Part shown: positions 47,918 through 57,164 of the stretch, piece by piece
Layout: each line of letters begins with the position of its first letter
Numbering within the stretch: the stretch's first letter is position 1
DNA from: Candidatus Eiseniibacteriota bacterium
GTDB taxonomy: Bacteria > Eisenbacteria > RBG-16-71-46
Direction: 5' to 3'
Length of the DNA: 64,000 nt
Assembly: GCA_963744995.1 (NCBI GenBank)
Contig: CAVUWA010000005.1
Coordinates: forward strand, 1-64,000
Translations under genes and position numbers: made by a program
Notes under the pieces: model-generated
What the model saw: only the letters and a program-made list of their open reading frames with translations
Database searches by the model: none
What the model was told of the DNA's origin: nothing

Positions 47918-48399
47918 CCGCGGGGGCGGGTCACGCGGGGGCACACTCACTTCCTATCACACCGATTTTCGACGCGCGGAGACGCGCGCAGCGTGCCGAT
48001 CACCGCCCGGCGTCACACGAATTTCAAACAACCGCCACAATCCCGGCAGCGCGAGACTCCTGCCCGCTGGCGCGAAGACAGCCACGGGTCGCCGCACCCG
48101 CACGATTCACGCCTCCAAACCCGTCAACAGGAAGATGGCCGGCGCGATCAGCGGTGCTCGAACAGGAAAGGACGAGCGCATCAGGACCCGCTCGAACGTC
48201 GGGCCCCGGCGAGCGCGCACCCGGGCCGCGCAGCGTCGCACGAACTGGCCGGGCCCGTCCTGCCCCTCGAGAATCACCCCGCGCAGCGAAGGTGCCGGCA
48301 TCTGCGGCCACGCTGTCGGTGAACACGAGGCGAACGAGTACGAGAGCAGTCTCGAGGCGCAGCGCCCGAGAGTCTCCCCCGGCGCAGCCGCCCGCATTG

Positions 48400-48792
48400 C
48401 TACGCGGCCCGCTTCCCCTTCTCGACGAACGAGCGGATGCGCCGGACCAGGTTGTTCATGTCATAGGGTTTGATCACGAAGTCGTCGGCGCCCATGTCGA
48501 GGGCGAGCTGCCGGTCCTGGGCGCCCGAGCGCGCGCTGAGGATGATGATCGGCATCGCCCGGTAGCGGTCGTCGAATTTCAGCGCGCGGCAGACCTTGTA
48601 GCCGTCCATCTTGGGCAGCATCAGGTCGAGCACCATCAGCGAGGGGCGCGCCTCGCGGGCCTTCTGGAGGCCGTCCTCCCCGTCGCGGGCGTCGATGACC
48701 TCGTAGCCCTCGGCTTCGAGACCGAAACGCAGCACGGAAACGAGATCGGATTCGTCGTCGACGATCAGAATGGTGGGCGGACTCGTGTTCAT
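48400..48792 (-). CDS. Single-domain response regulator
   Basis: ILIVDD, LDLMLP, ILSA, KP receiver motifs; no output domain. Confidence 0.93.
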   Translation of the reverse strand: MNTSPPTILIVDDESDLVSVLRFGLEAEGYEVIDARDGEDGLQKAREARPSLMVLDLMLPKMDGYKVCRALKFDDRYRAMPIIILSARSGAQDRQLALDMGADDFVIKPYDMNNLVRRIRSFVEKGKRAA

Positions 48793-48867
48793 CCCTGAAG
48801 CTCGCTCGATGGGGTGGACCGACACGGGGGTTATCGGAACCGCCGCCGGGGGGCTTGACCCCCCGTT

Positions 48868-50814
48868 TCACGGGCTTGCGGACACCCCCGTGCCGGCGCC
48901 GACCGGCGGTTCGCGCTCGAACTCGGCCGATCCCGCAGCCACGCTGCCGGTGAGGTCGTCACGGACCCGCACGCTCAGGCGATAACGGCCGGGCGGCAGC
49001 GCGCCGAGCGGCACGGTCAGGAACTGACGCCGCAGCGGCCCCGCGTTGCTTTCGGTGCGGCTCGCGGTGATCGGTTCGGGGCGCGCGCGCGGCGCCAGCA
49101 TGCGCTGGATCCAGATGCGCTCGTCCTTCTCGGCCGATTCCACCGTGTAGACGTACTCGAATCTGGACAGTCCGTTCGCGCCCGATCGCAGGTGATAGAT
49201 CTCGAAGTAGGCCGTCAGCGGATCCGATGACGCCACGCGCCCTCTTGGATTCGGCTCGGGGCGCACCGACGTCGCGCCCGCGAGCGGCGCGCCGCACGAG
49301 ATCAGGATGTCGCTGAGCGCGATCCGCTCGCCGGGCGGCGCAAGCTCGATCGGCTGCCGGCTCACCCCGCGGCCGCGGGCGTGGTCGCGCACCGAAAGGC
49401 TCACGGTGTACGCGCCGGGCGCAAGCGAGTCGGCGAAGTCGGCGACCTTGAAGCGGTCGGGCTCGCACGCCGAGGGCGACAGGTCGCGGGCGCCCGCCAG
49501 AACCTGGCGGCCGGCCGTGTCCACCACCGCCCACATGGCGCGCAGGCTGTCGCCGGGCCCTCCCGCACTTTCCACTTGCGCGAGCAACCGCGGCCCGCGC
49601 GCTCCCTCGAAGCGCGCGATGGCCGACTCCATCGGCAACTCGTGCACCCCGGGGGGCAGGGCCGGGAACACGCCGCGTCCGCCGGGAGTCGCGACCAGAC
49701 CACTTCCCTCACCGACCTTTTCAGGATCCGGGACCGGGTCGGGATCGTGGTCCATGGTGATCGGCAGCATGTAGTGCTCGCTGAGCAGGCGATCCTGCAT
49801 CGTCACCGACATGCCGAGCGACGGGTAGTTCCACACCAGCACGTTGACGGGAAAGCTGCCGACCGTACCGAACGAAATGTTGAGTCGCTGATCGAGCGGG
49901 TTGTACTCGGCCCTGGCCGGCGGCCCGTAGCGCACGTACACCTCGCCGCGCATGTCCCACTCGTGGCGGCGCGTGTCGAAATACAGGAAATAGGCCTGCG
50001 CGACGCGCGACCAGTACTCCAGCCGCGCCTCGTTCTCGCTCGTCGTGAAGTCCGGATCGTGTTCGCGCCAGAAGCGCTCGACGAAGGCCGCCTGCTCGTC
50101 GGGGGGCAGACGGTGGAGCGTCATCGTGTCCTGCTCGGTCGCGACCGGGCTGATGTCCTCGAAGCGCTCGCGCGCGACCTTCGGCAGCCTGGGAATCGAC
50201 GCCATGAAGCCGCGCCGCGCCGTCTCGATGCGGCCCAGGCGATAGGCCACGTAGGCGTGCGCGAGCTGCGCCTCCGGGCGGCCGTGCGACGCCGTCACCG
50301 CGTGCTCGGCCGCGGCCATCGCCAGGTCCAGCTCGCCGCGCTCGACGTGCAGCGGCACCAGCTGCAGCCAGGCCTCGGGGTCGCCCGGCGCCGCCTCGGC
50401 CGCGGCGCGGAAGTTCTCGATCGCCTGCTCGAGCGAGGTCTCGTCCAGATACTTCAGCCAGTCGCGGCGCCAGATCCGCCCCATGCCGATGTGCGCATCG
50501 TGGTCGCCGGGCGCGAGCTTCTCGATCTTCAGAAAGCGCTTCTTCGCGTTGCTGTAGAAACCGGAGCGGTAGTAGGCGCGCGCGAGCGCCAGCTGGTAGC
50601 GCGGATCGCCGGGAACGAGCAGGGTCGCCCGCTCGAGATCGGCGATCGCCATGCGCCGATTCTCGATGGTGTCCGCACGCAGCCGGGACAGGGCTTCGGC
50701 GTAGAGCGCCTCGGCCCGCTGCGCGCGCGCAGGATCGGGAAGGCTGGCCGCCGCACCTCGCGGGACGGCCACGAGGGCGAGGACGGCGAAAAGCAGGCGG
50801 CACTCGAGCTTCAC
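48868..50814 (-). CDS. TPR + GWxTD-domain secreted protein
   Basis: Signal peptide, TPRs, FW...DPD.TT.ENE...EY..RV..A...F..W D.RG.VYVRYGPP, C-terminal Ig-like PGRYRL.V.V.D. Confidence 0.85.
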   Translation of the reverse strand: MKLECRLLFAVLALVAVPRGAAASLPDPARAQRAEALYAEALSRLRADTIENRRMAIADLERATLLVPGDPRYQLALARAYYRSGFYSNAKKRFLKIEKLAPGDHDAHIGMGRIWRRDWLKYLDETSLEQAIENFRAAAEAAPGDPEAWLQLVPLHVERGELDLAMAAAEHAVTASHGRPEAQLAHAYVAYRLGRIETARRGFMASIPRLPKVARERFEDISPVATEQDTMTLHRLPPDEQAAFVERFWREHDPDFTTSENEARLEYWSRVAQAYFLYFDTRRHEWDMRGEVYVRYGPPARAEYNPLDQRLNISFGTVGSFPVNVLVWNYPSLGMSVTMQDRLLSEHYMLPITMDHDPDPVPDPEKVGEGSGLVATPGGRGVFPALPPGVHELPMESAIARFEGARGPRLLAQVESAGGPGDSLRAMWAVVDTAGRQVLAGARDLSPSACEPDRFKVADFADSLAPGAYTVSLSVRDHARGRGVSRQPIELAPPGERIALSDILISCGAPLAGATSVRPEPNPRGRVASSDPLTAYFEIYHLRSGANGLSRFEYVYTVESAEKDERIWIQRMLAPRARPEPITASRTESNAGPLRRQFLTVPLGALPPGRYRLSVRVRDDLTGSVAAGSAEFEREPPVGAGTGVSASP

Positions 50815-50904
50815 GGAATGGACCCCTTGCGCACGCGCGAAGTATGCGGAGCCCGCGCGGGCCGGTCAACGACCGCCTTCACGGGGCCCCGGTCCATCCG
50901 GCCC

Positions 50905-50965
50905 TTGACGGGCCCGGCGGCTTCGCCGAAGATGCGCGACGCGTGAACGATCATTCAAGTGTTCA
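50905..50965 (+). promoter_or_regulatory. Putative promoter with ArsR/SmtB-type operator
   Basis: TTGACG-N17-GAAGAT, then TGAA-CGATCA-TTCA (50944-50957) nested in TGAAC-N12-GTTCA, just before the GGAGG RBS. Confidence 0.6.
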
Positions 50966-50977
50966 AACGGAGGAACC

Positions 50978-51373
50978 ATGCCCCATTCACCCGCCCGCCC
51001 GCGCCGCCCGGCCCGGACACGACGCCGGTCGCGTGGCGAGGCGCCGGCCGACCGAGTGCGCCGCGCGCTCGAAGACAATGACCAGGTCGAGCGACTGTCG
51101 CGCATCTTCCGCGCGCTCGGCGACCCGACCCGCAGTCGCGTCGTCTACGCGCTGTCGATCGAAGAGCTGTGCGTCACCGACCTCGCGGCCGCGCTCGGCA
51201 CCTCGCTCTCGGCCGTGTCGCATCAGCTGCGCATCCTCCGCGACCTCGAAATGGTGCGCGTCCGGCGCGACGGCCGCAGCCAGCGCTACGCGCTCAACGA
51301 ACATACGTTCGGCTTCTGCTCGCCACGCACCTGCCAGGTGTGGCAGCAGACGCTGACCCCGATCGAAACATGA
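50978..51373 (+). CDS. ArsR/SmtB-family transcriptional regulator
   Basis: FRALGDPTR, ELCVTDLA, SAVSHQLRILR; C-terminal H..C....C. Confidence 0.93.
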   Translation: MPHSPARPRRPARTRRRSRGEAPADRVRRALEDNDQVERLSRIFRALGDPTRSRVVYALSIEELCVTDLAAALGTSLSAVSHQLRILRDLEMVRVRRDGRSQRYALNEHTFGFCSPRTCQVWQQTLTPIET

Positions 51374-51485
51374 AGGCCCGGGAGCGAACCGCAGGCCGGT
51401 CGCGCCGTCGCCACCGGGCGATGCCGCGCCGCTGACCCCATCGAGTCCCTTCTGAATTCCTGACCATCCGGAGCCACTCTTTCCC

Positions 51486-52730
51486 ATGTTCGAAGCCATC
51501 ATCATCACGTTGCGCGAAGGCGTCGAGGCGGCGCTCGTGCTGGCCATCGCCTTGAGCTTCCTGCGCCGGCGCGAGCGTCCCGATCTGGTGACCCCGCTGT
51601 TCGCGGGCGCCGCAGTCGCCGTCGTCGCGTCGGGAATCGCCGCGTTCGTGCTCGGCCATCTGACGCTCAACGAGGAGCTCACCGAAGGCATCACCATGCT
51701 GATCGGCGCCGTGCTGGTCTTCTCGCTGGTCTGGTACATGTGGCGCGCCGGGCCGCGCATGAAGACCGAGGTCGAGTCCGGAATGGAGAAGGCGGCCAGC
51801 GGCCTCGGCGCGCTCGGCATGTTCCTGTTCTCGTTCGGCATGATCTTCCGCGAGGGACTGGAGACCGCCGTGTTCCTCTCGGCGGCGCACTTCAACAGTC
51901 AGGGCGTCGGCATCTGGATCGGCGCGCTCGCCGGCCTCGCCGCCGCGACCGTGTTCGGCGTGTTGTTCGTGCGCGGCATGATCCGGATCCCGCTCAAGCC
52001 GTTCTTCACGGTGACCTCCGCGGTGCTGTCGCTGCTCGGCCTGCAGCTGCTGGTCGGCGGGCTGCACGAGCTGTCGGAGGCCGAGGTCATTCCTTCCAGC
52101 CGCACCGAGATGGCGCTCATCGGCCCGATCGTGAAGAGCGAGCTGCTGCTGTTCACGCTGACGATCGCGCTGGTCGCCGGCTGGCTGCTGTTCGCGCCGC
52201 AGGCGGCGCCCGCAGCCGCCCGGGCCGGGGGCGCGGAGGCGCGCCTGGCGCGCGCGCGGCAGGCCGAAGACCGCCGCCGCCGCCGCTGGACCGGCGCGCT
52301 CGGCCTCGTCGTCGTGGTGATTCTCGCCACCGCGTTCGTGCAGGGATCGCACGTCCCGGGACGTGCGCCGGCCGTTCCGCTCACCGCGGCGGGCGGTACC
52401 GTTTCGATCGACGCCGCCGCGGTCGCCGACGGACACATCCACTTCTACGAAACCGAAATCGGCGGGCAGACGGCGCGCTTCTTCGCGATCCGCGTCGGCA
52501 ACGAGGTGCGCACCTGCTTCGATGGCTGCGAGATCTGCGGCGACGTCGGCTACTACGAGTCCGGCCACCAGCTGATCTGCCGCAACTGCACGTCGCCGAT
52601 CGCGACCGCCACCGTCGGCCGCGCCGGCGGGTGCAATCCGGTGCCGCTGCCGAGTCGTGTGGACAGCGGGCGCGTGATCGTGAACCTGGCGGATCTCGCC
52701 GACGGGTGGCCGCGCCTCGAGGGCCACTGA
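51486..52730 (+). CDS. FTR1-family iron permease fused to a DUF2318 Cys-rich (Fe-S) domain
   Basis: LREGVE and FREGLE (RExxE) motifs; C-terminal CFDGCEIC, CRNC, GGCNPVP. Confidence 0.9.
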   Translation: MFEAIIITLREGVEAALVLAIALSFLRRRERPDLVTPLFAGAAVAVVASGIAAFVLGHLTLNEELTEGITMLIGAVLVFSLVWYMWRAGPRMKTEVESGMEKAASGLGALGMFLFSFGMIFREGLETAVFLSAAHFNSQGVGIWIGALAGLAAATVFGVLFVRGMIRIPLKPFFTVTSAVLSLLGLQLLVGGLHELSEAEVIPSSRTEMALIGPIVKSELLLFTLTIALVAGWLLFAPQAAPAAARAGGAEARLARARQAEDRRRRRWTGALGLVVVVILATAFVQGSHVPGRAPAVPLTAAGGTVSIDAAAVADGHIHFYETEIGGQTARFFAIRVGNEVRTCFDGCEICGDVGYYESGHQLICRNCTSPIATATVGRAGGCNPVPLPSRVDSGRVIVNLADLADGWPRLEGH

Positions 52731-52733
52731 GCC

Positions 52734-53990
52734 GTGCGCTGGCGCCTGATCCGCAGTTCGCTCGCACGCCGGCGCGCGCGCCTCGCGCTGGCGATGGCGG
52801 CCGTCACGATGGGCGTCGGCGTCGCCATCACCCTCGCGACGCTGTCGCTGCGCGTGGGCGACGATCTCGCCCGCGACCTGCGCGGCTCGGGCCCCAACTT
52901 CGCGCTGCTGCCGAAGGGCGCCTCGTGGTCGCCCGATCTGGGCGGCGCCGACTATGTGCCGGCGCGCGCCGGCGGCGCGCTCGACGAGCGGGCCGTGGCG
53001 GGCATGAAGCGCACGTTCTGGAAGAACAACATTCTCGAGGCCGCGCCCGAGCTCAATGCCGGCGCGCACGCGGGCGACCACGCGTTCGTCGTGAGCGGTA
53101 CCTGGTTCGCCCATGACGTTCCGACCGGGGACGGACCCTGGCCGACCGGCCTCACCGCGCTGCATCCGCGCTGGACGATCGAAGGGCGCTGGCCCCCTGC
53201 GGGCGGCGACGGCATCGCGCTCGGGCGCGACCTCGCACGCCGGCTCGGCGCCGCGCCCGGGGATCGCATCGAGACCGATCTCGCGGGCCGGCGCGCGGCC
53301 TTCGAGGTCACCGGCATCGTCCGCGCCGGCGGACTCGACGACCGCCGGGCGTGGGCGCCGCTCGAGCGGATCCAGGCGCTGACCGGGCGCCCCGGGGAAA
53401 TCGATCGCGTCTGGTTCAGCGCGCTGGTGCGGCCGACGCCGCCCGGACCGGAGCCCGACCCGAAAGCCGATCCACGCGCCTACGAAACCTACATGTGTAC
53501 CGCGTACCCGATCGTGATCGCGCGCGACATCGAAGCGGAGGTCCCGGGCGTCGAGGCGCACCCGCTCGCCGAGGTCGTCGCGGGCGAAGCGCAGGTCGTG
53601 GGTCGCCTGAACCTGCTCATGCTGCTGCTCGCGCTCGCGGCGGTCACGGTCTCGGTGCTCGGACTCGTCTCCACGACCACCGCGTCGGTGGTCGAGCGCA
53701 GCGTCGAGATCGGGCTGCTGCGCGCGATCGGTGCGGGCCCCGCCGAAATCGCCGCGCTGCTGCTCGGCGAAACCGCGCTCGTTTCGCTGTTCGGCGGCGC
53801 GCTCGGCTGGGCGCTCGGCAGCGCCGCCGCCGCGGCGATCCGCGGCGACGTGTTCGGCGCCGGCGCGACGTTCCAGCCGGTGCTGTTGCCGATCGCCATC
53901 GCGCTGGCGCTGGCGATCGCGATCGCCGGCACCCTGGCCCCGCTGCGCGTGGCGCTGCGGGTGGACCCCGCGGCGGTGCTGCGTGGCTGA
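52734..53990 (+). CDS. MacB/FtsX-type ABC permease (FetB-like)
   Basis: TM1, large periplasmic domain with YETYMCTAY, ER..EIGLLRAIGA, DPA.VLRG. Confidence 0.88.
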   Translation: MRWRLIRSSLARRRARLALAMAAVTMGVGVAITLATLSLRVGDDLARDLRGSGPNFALLPKGASWSPDLGGADYVPARAGGALDERAVAGMKRTFWKNNILEAAPELNAGAHAGDHAFVVSGTWFAHDVPTGDGPWPTGLTALHPRWTIEGRWPPAGGDGIALGRDLARRLGAAPGDRIETDLAGRRAAFEVTGIVRAGGLDDRRAWAPLERIQALTGRPGEIDRVWFSALVRPTPPGPEPDPKADPRAYETYMCTAYPIVIARDIEAEVPGVEAHPLAEVVAGEAQVVGRLNLLMLLLALAAVTVSVLGLVSTTTASVVERSVEIGLLRAIGAGPAEIAALLLGETALVSLFGGALGWALGSAAAAAIRGDVFGAGATFQPVLLPIAIALALAIAIAGTLAPLRVALRVDPAAVLRG

Positions 53991-54000
53991 GCGCCCCCGC

Positions 54001-55110
54001 ATGGACGCGCGTCTGTTGCGCGCCGCGCTGTGGCGGCGCCGCGGCATGGTCACGCTCGCGGTGCTCGCGGTGGCGATCGGCAGCTCGGTCGCGGCGGCCA
54101 TGCTGCACGTGGCGATCGACGTCTCGAACAAGGTCGGCCGCGAGTTGCGCGCACTCGGACCGAATGCGCTGCTGGTGCCTGCCGACGTGCGCACGCCCGA
54201 GGGAGCGCTCCAGGCGTCACGGTTCATGGACGCGGCCGCGGCGCGCCGGCACATCGCAAGAGCGGGCGCGCAGGGCGCGCTGCTGCTCTATGCGTCCGGC
54301 GTCGCGGACGAGCGGCCGATTCCACTCGTCGGCGCCGATCTCGACGCCGCGCGCGCCCTGCATCCCGGCTGGCGCGTCCGCGGCGCCGCGCACGGCACGC
54401 TGCTCGGGGTGACGCTCGCCGCGCGCTTCGGCGTGCAGCCCGGCGATACGCTCTTGCTCGGCGTGGCCGGACACGCGGAGCGGGTGCGCATGCCGGTGGA
54501 CGCACTGCTCGAGACCGGCGGGCCGGACGACGAGGCGTGGTGGGTGCCGCTCGCCGCGGTGCAGCAACTCGCCGGCCTCGAAGGCTGGGCGAGCCTCGCC
54601 CAGCTCCGGGTCGAGGGTCACGACGCGGCCGCGGCCGCGACGCTCGCCGGGCTTTCCGGGGACGGCATCGAAGTCCTGCCGCTGCACGCGCTGTCCGACA
54701 CCGAGGCGGGGCTGCTCGAGCGCATGGGGCGGCTGATGCTGCTCGTCACCATCGCGGCGATCGTGGCCGGCGGGCTCGCGGCGTTCGGTACGCTCACCGA
54801 CCTCGCGCTGGTCAGGCGCCGCGAGATCGCGCTCATGAAGTCGCTCGGCGCCAGGCGCCGCGACATCGTGCGCCAGTTCCTCTACGAGTCGCTGGTGATC
54901 GGCGCCGCGGGCGGCGCGCTCGGCTGGGCGATCGGCGTCGTGTTCGCGACCATCATCGGGCGCGAGGTGTTCCATGCCGCGATCGCGTTGCATCCGGTGG
55001 TGCCGCTGCTGGTGCTCGCCCTGGCGCTGTTCGTGTCCGTGCTCGCGGGACTCGGGCCGGTGCGGCTCGCGCTCGGCGTCGAGCCGGCCGCGGTGCTGAA
55101 GGGAGACTGA
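54001..55110 (+). CDS. MacB/FtsX-type ABC permease (FetC-like)
   Basis: ELRALGPN, RRREIALMKSLGA, EPA.VLKGD. Confidence 0.88.
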   Translation: MDARLLRAALWRRRGMVTLAVLAVAIGSSVAAAMLHVAIDVSNKVGRELRALGPNALLVPADVRTPEGALQASRFMDAAAARRHIARAGAQGALLLYASGVADERPIPLVGADLDAARALHPGWRVRGAAHGTLLGVTLAARFGVQPGDTLLLGVAGHAERVRMPVDALLETGGPDDEAWWVPLAAVQQLAGLEGWASLAQLRVEGHDAAAAATLAGLSGDGIEVLPLHALSDTEAGLLERMGRLMLLVTIAAIVAGGLAAFGTLTDLALVRRREIALMKSLGARRRDIVRQFLYESLVIGAAGGALGWAIGVVFATIIGREVFHAAIALHPVVPLLVLALALFVSVLAGLGPVRLALGVEPAAVLKGD

Positions 55111-55111
55111 A

Positions 55112-56197
55112 GTGAAGGGCGCCCCGGTCCGGTTCGAGAACGTGTCGCGCCATTACGGCGAGCTGCGCGCACTCGACGGCGTGGATCTCGTGATCCCCGC
55201 GGGCGAATGGCTCGCGGTGATGGGGCCCTCGGGCTCAGGCAAGAGCACGCTCGTCAATCTGCTCGCCGCGCTCGACCGGCCGAGCGGCGGGCGGATCCGG
55301 ATCGGCGACGCCGACCTGACCGCGATGTCCGAGAGCGCGCGCGTGCGCTTTCGCCGCGAGCACGTGGGCATCGTGTTCCAGCAGTTCCACCTGTTCCCGT
55401 ACCTCAACGCGCTCGAGAACGTGATGGTCGCGCAACACTTCCATTCCATGGCCGACGAGAAGGAAGCGCGTGCCGCGCTCGAGCGCGTGCAGCTCGCCGA
55501 CCGTGCGCATCACCTGCCGTCGCAGCTCTCGGGCGGAGAGCAGCAGCGCGTTTGCGTGGCGCGCGCGCTCGTCAACGAACCGCAGCTGATCCTCGCCGAC
55601 GAACCGACCGGCAATCTCGACGAGGCCAACGAGGAACGCGTGCTGCGGCTGTTCGAAGAGCTGCACGGCGAGGGTCGCACGATCGTGATGGTCACCCACT
55701 CGGCGAAGATCGGGAACCTCGCCGATCGGCGCGTCGAGCTCGCCCACGGACGCCTCGCCGATCTCACCGTGCACGACGAGGAGATCGAGCGCCGCTACGA
55801 CGAGGTGCTGGTGCAGCTGTGGGAGCTGGAGGAGGACTGCGCCGAGGCGCGGCCCGAGAAGATCGTGGTGCCGGACGTCGTGGACAACCGCCGCACGCTG
55901 CAGGGCATGGTGGAGAGCGGCCTCGTGCAGATTCCGAACGGGACGCTGACCTGGACGCCGCGCGGCCGCTCGCGCGCCGAGGACCTGATCCGGCGCCGGC
56001 GGCTGGCCGAGGTGCTGTTCTCCACGGCGCTCCATCTGTCGCAGTCGGAGGTCGAGGCGGCGGCGTGCCGGATGGAGCACATCATCGATCCCGGCGTCAC
56101 CAACAGCATCTGCGGATTCCTCGGCCACCCGCGACGCTGTCCGCACGGGCGCCCGATCCCGCGCGGGCGTTGCTGCGACTTCCCGATCGTCTCCTGA
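55112..56197 (+). CDS. LolD/MacB-type ABC ATPase fused to a DtxR/MntR-like metal-binding domain
   Basis: GPSGSGKS, LSGGEQQR, ILADEPTGNLD, VTH; C-terminal RRRLAE..ACRMEH..CGFLGHP..CPHG.PIP..CC. Confidence 0.9.
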   Translation: MKGAPVRFENVSRHYGELRALDGVDLVIPAGEWLAVMGPSGSGKSTLVNLLAALDRPSGGRIRIGDADLTAMSESARVRFRREHVGIVFQQFHLFPYLNALENVMVAQHFHSMADEKEARAALERVQLADRAHHLPSQLSGGEQQRVCVARALVNEPQLILADEPTGNLDEANEERVLRLFEELHGEGRTIVMVTHSAKIGNLADRRVELAHGRLADLTVHDEEIERRYDEVLVQLWELEEDCAEARPEKIVVPDVVDNRRTLQGMVESGLVQIPNGTLTWTPRGRSRAEDLIRRRRLAEVLFSTALHLSQSEVEAAACRMEHIIDPGVTNSICGFLGHPRRCPHGRPIPRGRCCDFPIVS

Positions 56198-57018
56198 TGG
56201 CCGCGGTCGATCCGGCGGGCGCCCGCGCCCGCCTGCCGGAAGCGGCGCTTCTCGACTGCCGCCCGGACGCCGCGTTCGCCGCGGGCCACCTGCCCGGCAG
56301 CGGCCACCTGCCGCATGCGGCGCTCGCCGCGCGGCGCTACGAGCTACCGCCGCGCGATCGGCCGGTGCTCGTGGTCGGGCGCGACGGCGCCGAGGCGCGC
56401 GCCGCGGCCGAGGCGCTCGCGGCGCTCGGCTACGCACACGCCGACTGGCTCGACGCACCGTGGAACGCACTGCTCGAGGGCCCGGCCGAGCGCGGCGCGG
56501 CAGCGCCGCTCTGGCGCCCTTCGCCGTGGCTGGCCCGGCGCCTTCCGCTGGTTCCGCGCGGCCTCGCGCTCGACGTCGCCTGCGGCGCCGGCCGCGAGGC
56601 GGTGTTCCTCGCCATGCACGGCTTCGAGGTCGAAGCGATCGATCACGCGCCGGAGGCGCTGGCGTGGGCGAATGCGCTGGCCGCGCGCCACGGCGTCGTG
56701 GTCGCGACCCGCGCCGTCGATCTCGAAGCCCCCGGCGCCGCGTTGCCGGAAGGCCGCTACGCGCTGGTCACCGTATTCCGCTTCCTGCACCGTCCGCTGC
56801 TCGCCGCGATCGCGGCAGCGCTCGCGCCGGGAGGCCATCTGATCTACGAGACGTTCCGCCGTGGCCAGGAACGCCACGGCCGGCCGACGCACCCGCGCTT
56901 CCTGCTGTGGCCCGGCGAGCTCGAGCGCGCTTTCCCCGGACTCGAGATCCTCGCCGCCCAGGAAAGCGAACCCGCGGGCGGCCCGGTGATGGCGCAGCTC
57001 CACGCCCGCAGGCCCTGA
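56197..57018 (+). CDS. Rhodanese-fold + TehB-like SAM methyltransferase fusion
   Basis: ATG overlaps the upstream stop; LLDCR...FAAGHLPGS; ALDVACGAGR, FRFLHR, LAPGG.LIYETF. Confidence 0.85.
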   Translation: MAAVDPAGARARLPEAALLDCRPDAAFAAGHLPGSGHLPHAALAARRYELPPRDRPVLVVGRDGAEARAAAEALAALGYAHADWLDAPWNALLEGPAERGAAAPLWRPSPWLARRLPLVPRGLALDVACGAGREAVFLAMHGFEVEAIDHAPEALAWANALAARHGVVVATRAVDLEAPGAALPEGRYALVTVFRFLHRPLLAAIAAALAPGGHLIYETFRRGQERHGRPTHPRFLLWPGELERAFPGLEILAAQESEPAGGPVMAQLHARRP

Positions 57019-57164
57019 GGAACGGTCCTGCCGTCAACCGGCGCACGCGCCGTCGCGCCCGTGCCGCACCGGAGAGCACGCTGGTGAAAGGATTGCCCGC
57101 GTCCGTGACGCTTGACCGGAACGCAACGGGCGCCGCGGGGCGCGAACGGCTATGGTCCCCGCCC

